A DNA stretch of 64,000 nucleotides from the NCBI GenBank assembly GCA_052168235.1, contig JBQLZK010000024.1, forward strand, positions 27,090 to 91,089, given 5' to 3'. The translations under genes were made by a program, and so were the position numbers. This document shows positions 48,662-58,687 of this stretch, piece after piece. Position 1 is the stretch's first letter. Every line of letters starts with the position of its first letter. The notes under the pieces were generated by a model. It ran no database searches. It worked only from the letters and a program-made list of their open reading frames with translations, and had not been told where the DNA came from. This DNA comes from Thainema sp. (GTDB lineage: Bacteria; Cyanobacteriota; Cyanobacteriia; Phormidesmidales; Phormidesmidaceae).

Positions 48662-50239
48662 ATGAAGCTAGGGCGCACTGCCACTCGTTTGACTTGCGCT
48701 GCCCTGCTAAGTTTTAGCATGGTGTTGCCAACCAATCCAGCTTCAGCCAGTACCCCTCTAACACGGGCTGTTATTGAAGCCTTACGAAATCAGGTGCGGT
48801 TGTTACAGGAGAACCAATCAACCCGTCCAGCCAATGTATCTGACACGATTACACCTGGTGATGGGGTGGCCACAGGGCAATTCTCGCTGGCTGAACTCCG
48901 CTTCAACGATGGTTCTTTAGCACGCGTGGGCGAACAAGTCGTTTTCTGGTTTACGCCTCAAACCCGCTCCTTTCGTTTATCAAACGGAACGCTGCTGATG
49001 CTAATTCCGCCGGGACGAGGCGGTACGCGCATTCACACACCTAACGTCACGACCGGCATCCGGGGCTCAGCTCTATTTGTTCGCCATGATGCCGAGACTA
49101 ATACAACCTTGGTCGGTGCTTTGACCGATAGCGGCATTGAAGTGACCAATGCTGACAATACAGAACGCCTTGAACTCCAGGCCGGTCAGATGGCGGTTGT
49201 GGTAGAGAATACGATTCAGCAGCTGTATGAGTTTGATCTAGATACGTTCTATCAAACCAGTCCTTTAGTGGAAGGTTTAAAACTCAACCAGGCCGTCACG
49301 GACGATGAAATGGAAGCCTCTTCTGAGGAAGAGCGTGCGATCGCAGCCGTCCGAGCCGAAACCGTCATCGCACTACAGACACAGCAGTTTAATCAAGATA
49401 CAGCAGTTGCCACACAAGTTTTCGAGCTGGATGCTCAGCGGACAACAACGTCAGACACTCCAGATACTGCTGATAGCGTTGGTGTAGATACGATTGAAGC
49501 CCCTGTTTCAACCGATCTAAATCAGATCACCACAGATGTAACCGTTCCTCTAGAAGGAGTTGTGAATGGAGTGGTGGATTCTGTTGCAGATGATCTAGTT
49601 GACGCGGTAGTTGATGATGCCATCAATGATGTCGGTAACGCTGTCGATGGTGTCGGCAATGTTGCAGATGATGTCGGAAATATCCCAGTTGTTGGCAATA
49701 GCCCTATCGATGACATTGTGGAGGGCGTTGTCGATGTTACTGAGGGTGCAATAGACAACACTGTCGATACTGTCGATGATTTGGTGGAGGGTCCAGATAT
49801 AGTGCCGGATGCCGATCTAATGGACTTGATCAATGAGGGCGTTTTCCCAGGCCAAGGGAACGGCGTTGAAGATGGATTTCCAGGCCAAGGGAATGGGGTG
49901 CTAGATGGATTTCCGGGTCGAGGCAACGGTGTGCAAAACGGCAACAGTGGCCAAGGCAATAACGGCGTTGGTAACGGAAATGGCATGGGGAACGACAATC
50001 CGGGCGGCAATAATGGCGTCGGCAACAGCGTCGGAAATGGTAATCAAGGTGGCAATAACGGCGTTGACAACGGCGTCGGAAATGGTATTGGAAATGGCAA
50101 CCAAGGTGGCAACGGTATCGGAAATGGCAACAACAGCCTGGGCAATGGTCTCGTAAACGATTTAGGCAATGGCCTACGTAATGGTTTAGGTAACGGTTTA
50201 GGTAACGGTCTAAGCAATGGTAATGGGCGCAATAACTGA
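48662..50239 (+). CDS. Secreted FecR-domain protein with D/V-rich and Gly/Asn-rich tail
   Basis: Signal peptide; GD.V.TG..S.AELRFNDGSLARVG, TP....GIRGS; tail of FPGQGNGV and GNG repeats. Confidence 0.85.
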   Translation: MKLGRTATRLTCAALLSFSMVLPTNPASASTPLTRAVIEALRNQVRLLQENQSTRPANVSDTITPGDGVATGQFSLAELRFNDGSLARVGEQVVFWFTPQTRSFRLSNGTLLMLIPPGRGGTRIHTPNVTTGIRGSALFVRHDAETNTTLVGALTDSGIEVTNADNTERLELQAGQMAVVVENTIQQLYEFDLDTFYQTSPLVEGLKLNQAVTDDEMEASSEEERAIAAVRAETVIALQTQQFNQDTAVATQVFELDAQRTTTSDTPDTADSVGVDTIEAPVSTDLNQITTDVTVPLEGVVNGVVDSVADDLVDAVVDDAINDVGNAVDGVGNVADDVGNIPVVGNSPIDDIVEGVVDVTEGAIDNTVDTVDDLVEGPDIVPDADLMDLINEGVFPGQGNGVEDGFPGQGNGVLDGFPGRGNGVQNGNSGQGNNGVGNGNGMGNDNPGGNNGVGNSVGNGNQGGNNGVDNGVGNGIGNGNQGGNGIGNGNNSLGNGLVNDLGNGLRNGLGNGLGNGLSNGNGRNN

Positions 50240-50335
50240 ACCTGAACCAATAGGTTAGGATGAGGCATCTGCGATCGCAGCAACTGCAACCAAAGTTGTG
50301 TCTAGGAGCCTATCACTGCACTTCATCATCCTTGG

Positions 50336-51574
50336 ATGGCTACTTCTCCTCAGTCAAAGGGTCAAATTCTTGTCATTGACGATGAACCCGCCATTCGTGC
50401 GAGCTTGTCCGATTTGCTGCAGCTAACTGGCTACACCGTCAAAACAGCAGAAAGCGGTTATCAAGGTTTAGACTTGATGACACAGAATCCACCAGATGTC
50501 GTGCTGCTGGACTTAAAGTTGCCGGATCTAGATGGTTATCAGCTTTGCCAATCTATTAAAGCGAATACGCAAACCAAAGATATTCCCGTTATTTTTATCA
50601 GCGCTAGTCAGGATGAAATGGATCGCGCATTTGACGTAGGCGGAGCCGATTACATTAGCAAGCCGTTTCGCAATCAAGAAGTTATTACCCGTATCGAAAA
50701 CCAGTTGACTATTCAGCGTTTGCAAAAGCAGCTCGTGCAGCAGCAGACTCAGCGCCTAATGCAGTTTAGCGGTACGTCACCTCTCCTGAGCCATCTGCAA
50801 CGTCGCCTCCATCAACAGGCCCAATTGCTGCAGGAACGGAATGCACAACTGCGCCAAGAAATTCAAGAACGTCAGCAAGCTGAAGCAGCTCTCCGGGCTG
50901 AGCAAGAAGTGTCTGAACGGTTGCTGCTCAATATTTTACCCAGTGCGATCGCAGAACAACTTAAGCGAGATGATCCGGGTGCTTTAGCAGAACGGTTGGA
51001 TAACGTCACGATTCTGTTTGCAGATATCGTTGATTTCACGCCGCTCGCTGCCCGATTGCCACCACTAGAAGTCGTCAGCATCTTGAATCACGTTTTTTCA
51101 GCCTTCGATCGCCTAACCGAACATTTAGGACTCGAAAAAATCAAAACCGTTGGTGATGCCTACATGGTGGCGGCTGGAGTTCCTGTCCCACGCGACGACC
51201 ATGCTGAGGTGATTATTGAAATGGCACTTGCCATGCGCCGAAGGCTAAAGCAAGTCAATAAAGAAACGGGTTATCCGCTGCAAATTCGGATTGGCATCAA
51301 TACTGGCACGGTTGTGGCAGGCGTAATTGGGCTAAAGAAGTTTAGTTACGACCTGTGGGGAGATGCTGTTAACATTGCCAGCCGAATGGAGTCGCAGGGC
51401 TTCCCAGGCAAAGTTCAGGTCACAGAGGCTACTTATCAGCAGCTTAAGGATAAATATCACTTCGAGCCTTGGGGCAATGTCAAAATCAAAGGCCGAGGCC
51501 GCATGTTGACCTACCTACTTGTAGGGCGGCTTCCAGATGCCAAATCCGCAAATAATCCAGGTTCTACAAAATAG
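50336..51574 (+). CDS. Response regulator-fused class III adenylate cyclase
   Basis: REC domain (ILVIDD, LLD, KP); TILFADIVDFT, KIKTVGDAYM, YDLWGDAVNIASRMES; K/D specificity residues point to ATP. Confidence 0.93.
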   Translation: MATSPQSKGQILVIDDEPAIRASLSDLLQLTGYTVKTAESGYQGLDLMTQNPPDVVLLDLKLPDLDGYQLCQSIKANTQTKDIPVIFISASQDEMDRAFDVGGADYISKPFRNQEVITRIENQLTIQRLQKQLVQQQTQRLMQFSGTSPLLSHLQRRLHQQAQLLQERNAQLRQEIQERQQAEAALRAEQEVSERLLLNILPSAIAEQLKRDDPGALAERLDNVTILFADIVDFTPLAARLPPLEVVSILNHVFSAFDRLTEHLGLEKIKTVGDAYMVAAGVPVPRDDHAEVIIEMALAMRRRLKQVNKETGYPLQIRIGINTGTVVAGVIGLKKFSYDLWGDAVNIASRMESQGFPGKVQVTEATYQQLKDKYHFEPWGNVKIKGRGRMLTYLLVGRLPDAKSANNPGSTK

Positions 51575-51610
51575 CGCTACAGATTCTTCATCCTCACTGA
51601 TTGGTTACAG

Positions 51611-51644
51611 GGAGCGATTGCACGATGTGCGACTGCTCCTTTTT
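51611..51644 (+). terminator. Cyclase terminator
   Basis: GGAGC..TTGCAC-GAT-GTGCGA..GCTCC-TTTTT. Confidence 0.6.
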
Positions 51645-51666
51645 GCTGCATGATGTCAAAGCGCAA

Positions 51667-51996
51667 TTATTCAACCGATTGTGCCTCTACATCAATGGTT
51701 TCCGTGTAATCAGCTGTTGTCGATGAGTTTGGACTCGCATCATAATTTCCAGTCGTAGAGGTCGGATTGCCGGCCTGTAGCGACAGCTTCTCCACCAGCC
51801 ACTGAGAGAATTCCATCAGTAGAATGGAAATCAAGACAACATCATCTACTTGGCCCAAAATCGGGATTAAGTCAGGCGCAATATCAATCGGACTAACTAG
51901 GTACACTAAAGACCCCAGCACAATCCACCAGCGATATTTAGGGTTGCGTAACAAACCACGAAACCCCTGATAAACAAACTGACCAGGGAATTTCAT
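51667..51996 (-). CDS. YkvA/DUF1232-family membrane protein
   Basis: YLVSPIDIAPDLIPILGQVDD. Confidence 0.92.
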   Translation of the reverse strand: MKFPGQFVYQGFRGLLRNPKYRWWIVLGSLVYLVSPIDIAPDLIPILGQVDDVVLISILLMEFSQWLVEKLSLQAGNPTSTTGNYDASPNSSTTADYTETIDVEAQSVE

Positions 51997-52457
51997 ATAC
52001 TTCAGCTCCTCGAAAATTCTTAAAATATTTCTTTGGGGTGGCGTATCAGTTTATCAAAGTTAATAAACTTGGAGATGCATAGATAGTCAATATTTACGGC
52101 CTCAGGTTAGGTTGAACCACAAACCTATCGTTATTTTTATCAAGGGTTTGGCACAATCAATTTTGCGATCGCAGGATTTAACTCAACTCACCCTGCGCTT
52201 TTACCAGCATAGTAAAAATTTAAGCATCCAGGATACGTCGTTAATTCGCGTGCCGTAGCTAACTAAAGCGTCATAAACGCGTCATAAAAAGGGCTAGCCA
52301 ATCCCGAAATCGCAGGCAAGAGCGGACGCATCAGCCCGGCAGATCACGGTTTACACAAATGTTACAGATCAAAAACTTTAATTTTCCAATATAAATTTTT
52401 CCAGTTTTTTTGAGCATTTCGCCCCTTTCAAGCTCTGATGTCCCTTAAATCATAAGT

Positions 52458-52928
52458 ATGGCTTCAACACAAGACGTTAAACAATATCTGGCCTACTGGT
52501 TTCAGTTAGGTAAGCGAGTAATCACTCACAGCGGCAATCAGTCGGCACTGCCTCGACCTGTAATTCGGGGCAATTCTTATAGCCAGGAGTTCGAGGACTG
52601 CTGGAACTTAATCTTGTCGTCGGAATCAAAGGATTGCTATCTCGAAGGCACAGAGCAAACCATCAGTGATTTGCTGGAGTCAAATTGGCAAGTCAACTCC
52701 TGTGCGCGCTGCGGCATGCCAGTACCTATGCCTGTCATCTATCGGCCAACCGACACGATTTGCCCCTGCTTTGATTTGCCGTTTTGGCCCGACTCTGAAA
52801 TGCCTCAACCTCGCAAACCAATTGACACGCAAGAGCATCTCTCACAACTGCGATCGCGCTTGCAAAGCTGGAAGCCTAGAGCTGTACCAGATTCCGAATC
52901 CACAGAGAACGCAGAACAGGCGAGCTAA
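52458..52928 (+). CDS. Conserved cyanobacterial hypothetical protein with Cys motifs
   Basis: MAS..VKQYLAYWFQLGK..CYLEGT.QTI..CARC.MP..CPC.D. Confidence 0.85.
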   Translation: MASTQDVKQYLAYWFQLGKRVITHSGNQSALPRPVIRGNSYSQEFEDCWNLILSSESKDCYLEGTEQTISDLLESNWQVNSCARCGMPVPMPVIYRPTDTICPCFDLPFWPDSEMPQPRKPIDTQEHLSQLRSRLQSWKPRAVPDSESTENAEQAS

Positions 52929-52975
52929 CTAAATATCACCTCGCAACTCTTAGTCACCAGATAAAATGAGACGTC

Positions 52976-53016
52976 AAACAAAGGGCGGCCCGTTGTAAAC
53001 GGGCCGCCCTTTGTTT
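52976..53016. terminator. Bidirectional terminator
   Basis: AAACAAAGGGCGGCCCGTT-GTA-AACGGGCCGCCCTTTGTTT, 19-bp perfect stem. Confidence 0.88.
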
Positions 53017-53037
53017 ACGGACATGGTTGTATATGTT

Positions 53038-54705
53038 TTATGGCGATGATTTAGGCGTGACGAGCATCACATCTAGCGGCATCTCATAATCCATGCCGTT
53101 TGAAACACGTGTCTCCTGGTCAATTTCAAACGGCTGATCCATAATTCTGCTCAAGATGCGATCGCGCTCTTCTGTATCTGCACAGTCTCGGCAGACAAAC
53201 CAGAGACGCGAGTCAACCTGAGGCCAGTTCTGTACGGACAGTGCTGCTTCAATTTCGCTGTCCTCAAGCTGAGTATTTTCTGGTAAATCTGCCTCTTTGG
53301 GTAGCTCTCCGCTGCTCAGAATATCCGCCTTTCGCTCCAGCAGCATTTGATTCCACTGGAGCCGTTCTTGCTCAGTCATCTCTGACAGCGGTTCTTCTGG
53401 TTCCACGGGGCTTGCAGAAGAGTGTCTAATAAAGTAGGCCGGACTGTCACCCTCGTAGTAGCGCAACAGCCCCATATCGGCCCTGGGAATATCGGCAAAC
53501 TGGCCTACGACATCTCCAGGCTGTTCATTTTGTTCAATGATCGCCGCTGCTGCCTGCCAGTTATCTCGATACGTCGCTTGATAGTAAAACCCGAGACTGC
53601 CAATTATCGCGACGCCGTAGATAAAAGCTAACGCGATACCTAACCACTTTTTATGATTTAGAATGCCCAGAAAACCGTGGACGAGCAAAATGATGGAGTA
53701 AGGGGCCGTGAAAATGAGGTAGCGAGCAACCCACAGCGAACTGGAAACCCAGGATTTAATCAAAATGGGCAGCAGGGGCACAATTGCCCAGACAATAATC
53801 CAAACTAGGCGATTAGAATACCGTCGCCGATTCAGCAATCCGTAGCCTAGAACAGCTGTTAGACCAACGGTATAAACCGCATAGGCTAATTTAAGGCTGA
53901 GTGGTTCCACCAAAGCGCTAGACGGCCAGAATGTCGTGAAGTTGGTCAGTTTTGCCATAATATCGAACGGATCCGGCGGCGGTAGTCCTGCGGACCAACT
54001 GGCGGAAAACTTTTCGAGCGCTTCTAACAAAATTGGAATAAACGGAATCCACAGCAGGCCGAGAATGACCAAACCAATACCGAATCCCATCAGCAACCGT
54101 TTGCGATCGCGAAATCGCCACACCAGCAACATGGCATCTGCCAGCAGGATCATTAGGTTCAGGGGGAAGGTCAAAATGGCCAGTAATCGTAAGACAATCC
54201 AGCCAACGATATGCTTAGGCTGAGGCTGCTCCAGCCCGTGAGCCAGTACCAGCGTCCCCGCTAAACAGAGGAATGTACTTAAACTGTACATCCGGATCTC
54301 TTGAGCATGGTTGATGAAAATGGGCGAAATCGAATAAATCAGAGCAGCCAACGTTCCGGTCGTGCGATTCAGAACGTACTGCCCAAGCTGATAGATCAGG
54401 ACAACACTACCCAAGTCAAACAAGACGGCTAGACTGCGCAGCCAGACATCACTGCTGCCGAGGGCCATCCACTGCTGGAGTAAGAAATAATACAGTGGCC
54501 GAATACCGGGATCTGACCAGGTAAACACCTCTGCATCCTCGATACTCAGCATTTCGTCGATCCACAAGCTTTCAGCACCGAGTTGGTAAAACCGAAGTGC
54601 GATCGCAATTAACATAACAACGGCTAACGGAATCCAGCTAGCCTGAAGATTGACCTGATCTGGCAATTTGAATTTACGAGATAAGGATGCACTCATAACG
54701 CTCAA
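53038..54705 (-). CDS. GT-C glycosyltransferase (family 39/PMT-like)
   Basis: LRFYQLGAESLWIDE, PLYY, AQEIRMYSL, RYL; multiple TM helices. Confidence 0.88.
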   Translation of the reverse strand: MSVMSASLSRKFKLPDQVNLQASWIPLAVVMLIAIALRFYQLGAESLWIDEMLSIEDAEVFTWSDPGIRPLYYFLLQQWMALGSSDVWLRSLAVLFDLGSVVLIYQLGQYVLNRTTGTLAALIYSISPIFINHAQEIRMYSLSTFLCLAGTLVLAHGLEQPQPKHIVGWIVLRLLAILTFPLNLMILLADAMLLVWRFRDRKRLLMGFGIGLVILGLLWIPFIPILLEALEKFSASWSAGLPPPDPFDIMAKLTNFTTFWPSSALVEPLSLKLAYAVYTVGLTAVLGYGLLNRRRYSNRLVWIIVWAIVPLLPILIKSWVSSSLWVARYLIFTAPYSIILLVHGFLGILNHKKWLGIALAFIYGVAIIGSLGFYYQATYRDNWQAAAAIIEQNEQPGDVVGQFADIPRADMGLLRYYEGDSPAYFIRHSSASPVEPEEPLSEMTEQERLQWNQMLLERKADILSSGELPKEADLPENTQLEDSEIEAALSVQNWPQVDSRLWFVCRDCADTEERDRILSRIMDQPFEIDQETRVSNGMDYEMPLDVMLVTPKSSP

Positions 54706-54842
54706 TAACTGCTTAAAGGAATAGCTTAAAATCTGGGATAAATTAAAATACGTTGATGCAAAACACTGGAAACACGGTAATTTTGGCCTAGATGATTCCC
54801 ACTCAATCGTTATCTATGATTCGTCACTGGCTGCTTGGTGGT

Positions 54843-56063
54843 TCAGCCACTGCGTTCACCAACCGTTGCTTCAAATAGCGAAACTAGACGCCCTGATTCT
54901 ACCGTCACGCTATGAGCCTGATTGACTCGGGCAGCACCCACTTTACCCATTTGCTGGAGTTGGGCGGGTGAGAAATCAAGCGCCGATTGCATTGCCTGCG
55001 TGAGGTCTTTCACTGATCCAGCAACGACTAGCCAACCGTTTGCGCCGGGTTCAACTAGTTCTGGAATCCCAGCCACATAGGTGCTAATCACTGGACGCCC
55101 CAAAGCCAGTGCTTCCATAATCACGACGGGTAGTCCTTCTGCGAAGCTGGGCAACACCATTGCCCGCGCATTGATGAGCTGCTGGCGAACTTCCGCGCCA
55201 GAGGCCCAGCCCGTAATCGTGACATATTCGTTCAAACCATACTGCCGAATCAGCGATTCGATTTGGGGGCGCATATCGCCATCACCGACCAGCGTGAGGT
55301 GTAACTGATGCCCATCTTCAACCAACTGCTTAACGGCTTCAATCAACAAAATCTGCCCTTTTTGTTCACAGAGCCGTCCCACACAAACGAAGTTGGGCTG
55401 GTCAGGAACGTTCGTTAATCCCGCTTGGGCAAAACTGGCATCTATCCCGCAGCGCACCACTTGAATTTTGGGCCAGTCGGCATAGTCACACCACCGATAC
55501 AGCTGGCTGCGTCCAAACGATGAGATCGCAACCACAAACGCTGAACGCTGAATCTTTTCTGTGAGCCCTAACTCCCAGGGATGATCAAACTCCTCCGGCC
55601 CATGTACCGTGAAGCTATAGGTGGGGCCACCCAGCATTCGACACAGCATCGCGACCGTGGCTGGATTCGTACCAAAGTGGCAGTGAACATGATCCACATT
55701 GGCTTGCTTAAATAACTGCACCAGCCGACAGGCTTCAACTAAATAAGCGAGATGGCGCACAATCCCTCGTTCGGAGTGGCGAATACCCAGTTGAATCGTC
55801 ATTTTCAACGCATTCAGCCACTGAGGAAAACGGGTCAGACCAACCAGGACAAAGCTCAGCAGTAACCGCACAGCGCCTTCTGCCAGCAGCATGTGCGTCC
55901 GCTCTAGTTCCTGTAAGTCGTCTGGATCAACCAGTTCAGCCGCGCAGGAACGGATGGAGTACCGCTTGACGGTAACGCCGTGAGATTCGACCCCTGCAAT
56001 CTCTCGTCGGATAAAGCTATGGCTGACCTTGGGATACTGATTGATCAGGTAGGCAACAATCAT
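54843..56063 (-). CDS. Glycosyltransferase family 4 (WcaL-like)
   Basis: YP..SHSFIRREI, HVHCHF, VGRL.EQKG, EGLPVVIMEA motifs. Confidence 0.93.
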   Translation of the reverse strand: MIVAYLINQYPKVSHSFIRREIAGVESHGVTVKRYSIRSCAAELVDPDDLQELERTHMLLAEGAVRLLLSFVLVGLTRFPQWLNALKMTIQLGIRHSERGIVRHLAYLVEACRLVQLFKQANVDHVHCHFGTNPATVAMLCRMLGGPTYSFTVHGPEEFDHPWELGLTEKIQRSAFVVAISSFGRSQLYRWCDYADWPKIQVVRCGIDASFAQAGLTNVPDQPNFVCVGRLCEQKGQILLIEAVKQLVEDGHQLHLTLVGDGDMRPQIESLIRQYGLNEYVTITGWASGAEVRQQLINARAMVLPSFAEGLPVVIMEALALGRPVISTYVAGIPELVEPGANGWLVVAGSVKDLTQAMQSALDFSPAQLQQMGKVGAARVNQAHSVTVESGRLVSLFEATVGERSG

Positions 56064-56229
56064 AAAACGTTAATGGATATTGCTGGCAGAGTGCGCACCT
56101 CTACCATACAAACCCGATCCCAAAATGGTAAAACTCAGCCATTCGGGCTTACAGGATAAAAATATTGTGTTGAATAAACGTAAAGGAGGGATGAATTCTC
56201 TTTGAAGAACCCTCTGATCATCAGCAGAA

Positions 56230-58194
56230 TTACGCTTGCGCCTTCATTTGCTGGCGAGTGATCTCCATTTCGGTTTCACACCGAATTCGTTCTGCGGCTT
56301 CTTCTTCACGCTTCAGGGCATCTTGCAAATGCATCAGATAGAGCTCCATGCTGTGATCAGCCAAAAAGTCCCAGCTTGGCTGGCCAATTCCAGCCATACT
56401 GCCCAGAAGGACATCAAACACTCGCGCGACAAAGGTGCTGTTATGCCACAGCCGACCACGAAAATTGAAGTATTTCAGCGTTCCGCCATGTCCATACAGC
56501 GATCGCAGATTCCAGGGGGCAAACCAAAATCGACGTGACAGCGCCCGCAGCGGCACACGAGGCACAATATCCGTATTATTCACGAAGCGAAAAGCTTGCT
56601 CTTTAAAGCCTAAGCTGGTGTTGAAATAGTCAAGGAAAATGCCGTTTCCGGTGCGCGGTTGACCAAATGTGTACAGTTTGGTGACTGGAATGCCCTGTTC
56701 TTTGAGACTGGTGGCGGCTAGTGTCGCTAATGCCCCGCCGAGGCTGTGTCCTGTAACCCAGACTTCCATATTGGTTCCGGGTTCAGCTTCACACCACTTT
56801 TGCAGCGTTTTTGAGACTTGCCGATAAATGCTGCGCCAGCCGCTTTGAAAGCCGTTGTGCACTTGTCCGAGCTTAATGGCGTCTAAGTTGCCAAAACTTT
56901 GCAGATTGGCCTGCACAACATCGGCATTGGTCAGCCAGTCTCGCAATTGCTGCGTGCCGCGAAAGGCCAGGATGATGCGGTGATCGATCCGAAAGGCAAA
57001 GGCTTGGGTATCGCGATCGCGACTGTCAAAAAACTGAAATTGAATATTGGCCTGGGCTTTTTCGGACTTCATCTGTGCGTTGTAGCGCATCACTGCCAGG
57101 ACAAACTCCTTATCGTCATCAATTCGACGATAGTCCGGATAGTGAGTGGGTTTGACCCAGTAGCGCACCATGTCTTCGATAAAATGCTCGTGTTCGTAGA
57201 CTAGGTAGGCCGCTTTGGCCAGTGCGATCGCAACTCGCGTGTCGTATCCCGGCAGCGGTGGTTTACGGTTGCTGAACTGATGAAAGTCGTCGGCTTCGTA
57301 GGGTGGGGGAATGATGGTATAACCATAGCGCTTGCAGAGCGCTTGCACCCCTTTGTATTGGGAATGAAAAATATAGAGGAAGAGCTGATCGTAAAAGCTA
57401 GAACCATCAAATCGCCGAAAACTGCGATCGGCAATCAGCCGAATCCAGTTGCGGATATACGGTTCGAAATCTTTCGCACTGACAAGCTTCGCCTCAATCA
57501 TGGAGTTGAGGTGTTCCAGCCCGTCTAGAAACTCATCAAACCAGTCCCGCAACACCATTTCAATCTGGAAGTCTTGCTGAAAGCGCCGAATCGCCTCCGC
57601 TAGATCCAGATCCAGAAATTTCTCTTGGGTCTGGGCCTGTTCGACATCGAGATAGACATCCAGAATTTGATTAAAGCCCCGCTTCAGCTTCACCATTTCG
57701 CCGTGCCGCCGCAGCGCGTGGCGCAAACGAGTATCCGTCGCCTCGAACACCACCGTCTCACCGGTCACGGGCAGCTCTACCCGCAAATCCCGATATTCTT
57801 CAAAATCGAGAATGGACAATACGCGCTGGGTTGACTCTTTTTGGCAGAACTCATGAATAGTCTGCCGCGCCAATTCCGCCCGCTGCCAGCGACCCTGCCG
57901 CTGATAGCGCAGCACTGCAATGCCAAAGATGCCTGCAAACGAAATTGCGCCTACCGCAATGCCCCAATAGGCTGCAATCTGAATCGTGCGTAAGGGATCT
58001 GTAGAATTTCTTGCCTGAGCCAGGTTTAACGTTTCCACCTTGGGCAGTAACGCAATCTGCTCAATATCAGGATGTGTTGGATTTGAGGAGGAAACTGCGA
58101 TCGCACTTCCAGCCTTCACGCCAATATCCAAACCAACGGGAACGACAAACCCTAGAAATAACCCAATCCAGGTCGAACGTCGCAAAATATTCAT
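56230..58194 (-). CDS. Membrane-anchored class 3 lipase with an uncharacterised middle domain
   Basis: AFRGT, VHNGF, VTGHSLGGALA, YTFGQPR, NNTDIVP, DHSM; N-terminal hydrophobic segments; start uncertain. Confidence 0.85.
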   Translation of the reverse strand: MNILRRSTWIGLFLGFVVPVGLDIGVKAGSAIAVSSSNPTHPDIEQIALLPKVETLNLAQARNSTDPLRTIQIAAYWGIAVGAISFAGIFGIAVLRYQRQGRWQRAELARQTIHEFCQKESTQRVLSILDFEEYRDLRVELPVTGETVVFEATDTRLRHALRRHGEMVKLKRGFNQILDVYLDVEQAQTQEKFLDLDLAEAIRRFQQDFQIEMVLRDWFDEFLDGLEHLNSMIEAKLVSAKDFEPYIRNWIRLIADRSFRRFDGSSFYDQLFLYIFHSQYKGVQALCKRYGYTIIPPPYEADDFHQFSNRKPPLPGYDTRVAIALAKAAYLVYEHEHFIEDMVRYWVKPTHYPDYRRIDDDKEFVLAVMRYNAQMKSEKAQANIQFQFFDSRDRDTQAFAFRIDHRIILAFRGTQQLRDWLTNADVVQANLQSFGNLDAIKLGQVHNGFQSGWRSIYRQVSKTLQKWCEAEPGTNMEVWVTGHSLGGALATLAATSLKEQGIPVTKLYTFGQPRTGNGIFLDYFNTSLGFKEQAFRFVNNTDIVPRVPLRALSRRFWFAPWNLRSLYGHGGTLKYFNFRGRLWHNSTFVARVFDVLLGSMAGIGQPSWDFLADHSMELYLMHLQDALKREEEAAERIRCETEMEITRQQMKAQA

Positions 58195-58317
58195 GGTGAA
58201 ACTCATCTGCAAAAGGGGCTGCAATGAGCAAGTAGATGCTCCAGATGCCTTATGCTACTGAAGAAATCAGCCGATGAGAACGGTTTTGTATTGGTGTGTT
58301 ACGCTTCGCTGCTGGTG

Positions 58318-58629
58318 TTAACTGTTACCGGCTGATGCGCCACTGATAAGAGCATTAATGGCAGGCGCGACGGCTTGCAGAACGGGCGACAAAATTACAA
58401 CCGAGGCGGCAGCAATCACAATCGTGGTGGCTAATCGAACCACTTGATCCGATGCTTTTTGATAGGTGTCGAATTTAAAGTCGATCTTTTCAACGTCACT
58501 TTCGATCTTTTCAACGTCTGTTTCTAAGCGATCGAGTCGCTGATTGAATTGATCCATTTGTTGATTAATCTGCTTCAGCTCTGAGAGCACCTGCTGCTGA
58601 AAATCATTGGACATTTCATCTGCTTGCAT
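58318..58629 (-). CDS. Small coiled-coil + C-terminal TM protein
   Basis: Heptad region with a 21-bp internal tandem duplication (DVEKIES/DVEKIDF), FDTYQKAS, hydrophobic tail. Confidence 0.75.
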   Translation of the reverse strand: MQADEMSNDFQQQVLSELKQINQQMDQFNQRLDRLETDVEKIESDVEKIDFKFDTYQKASDQVVRLATTIVIAAASVVILSPVLQAVAPAINALISGASAGNS

Positions 58630-58687
58630 GGCTCAATCAAGACCCAAAACACGACTTGCCTCTATTGTGCCTGATCTTGATTAAGAA

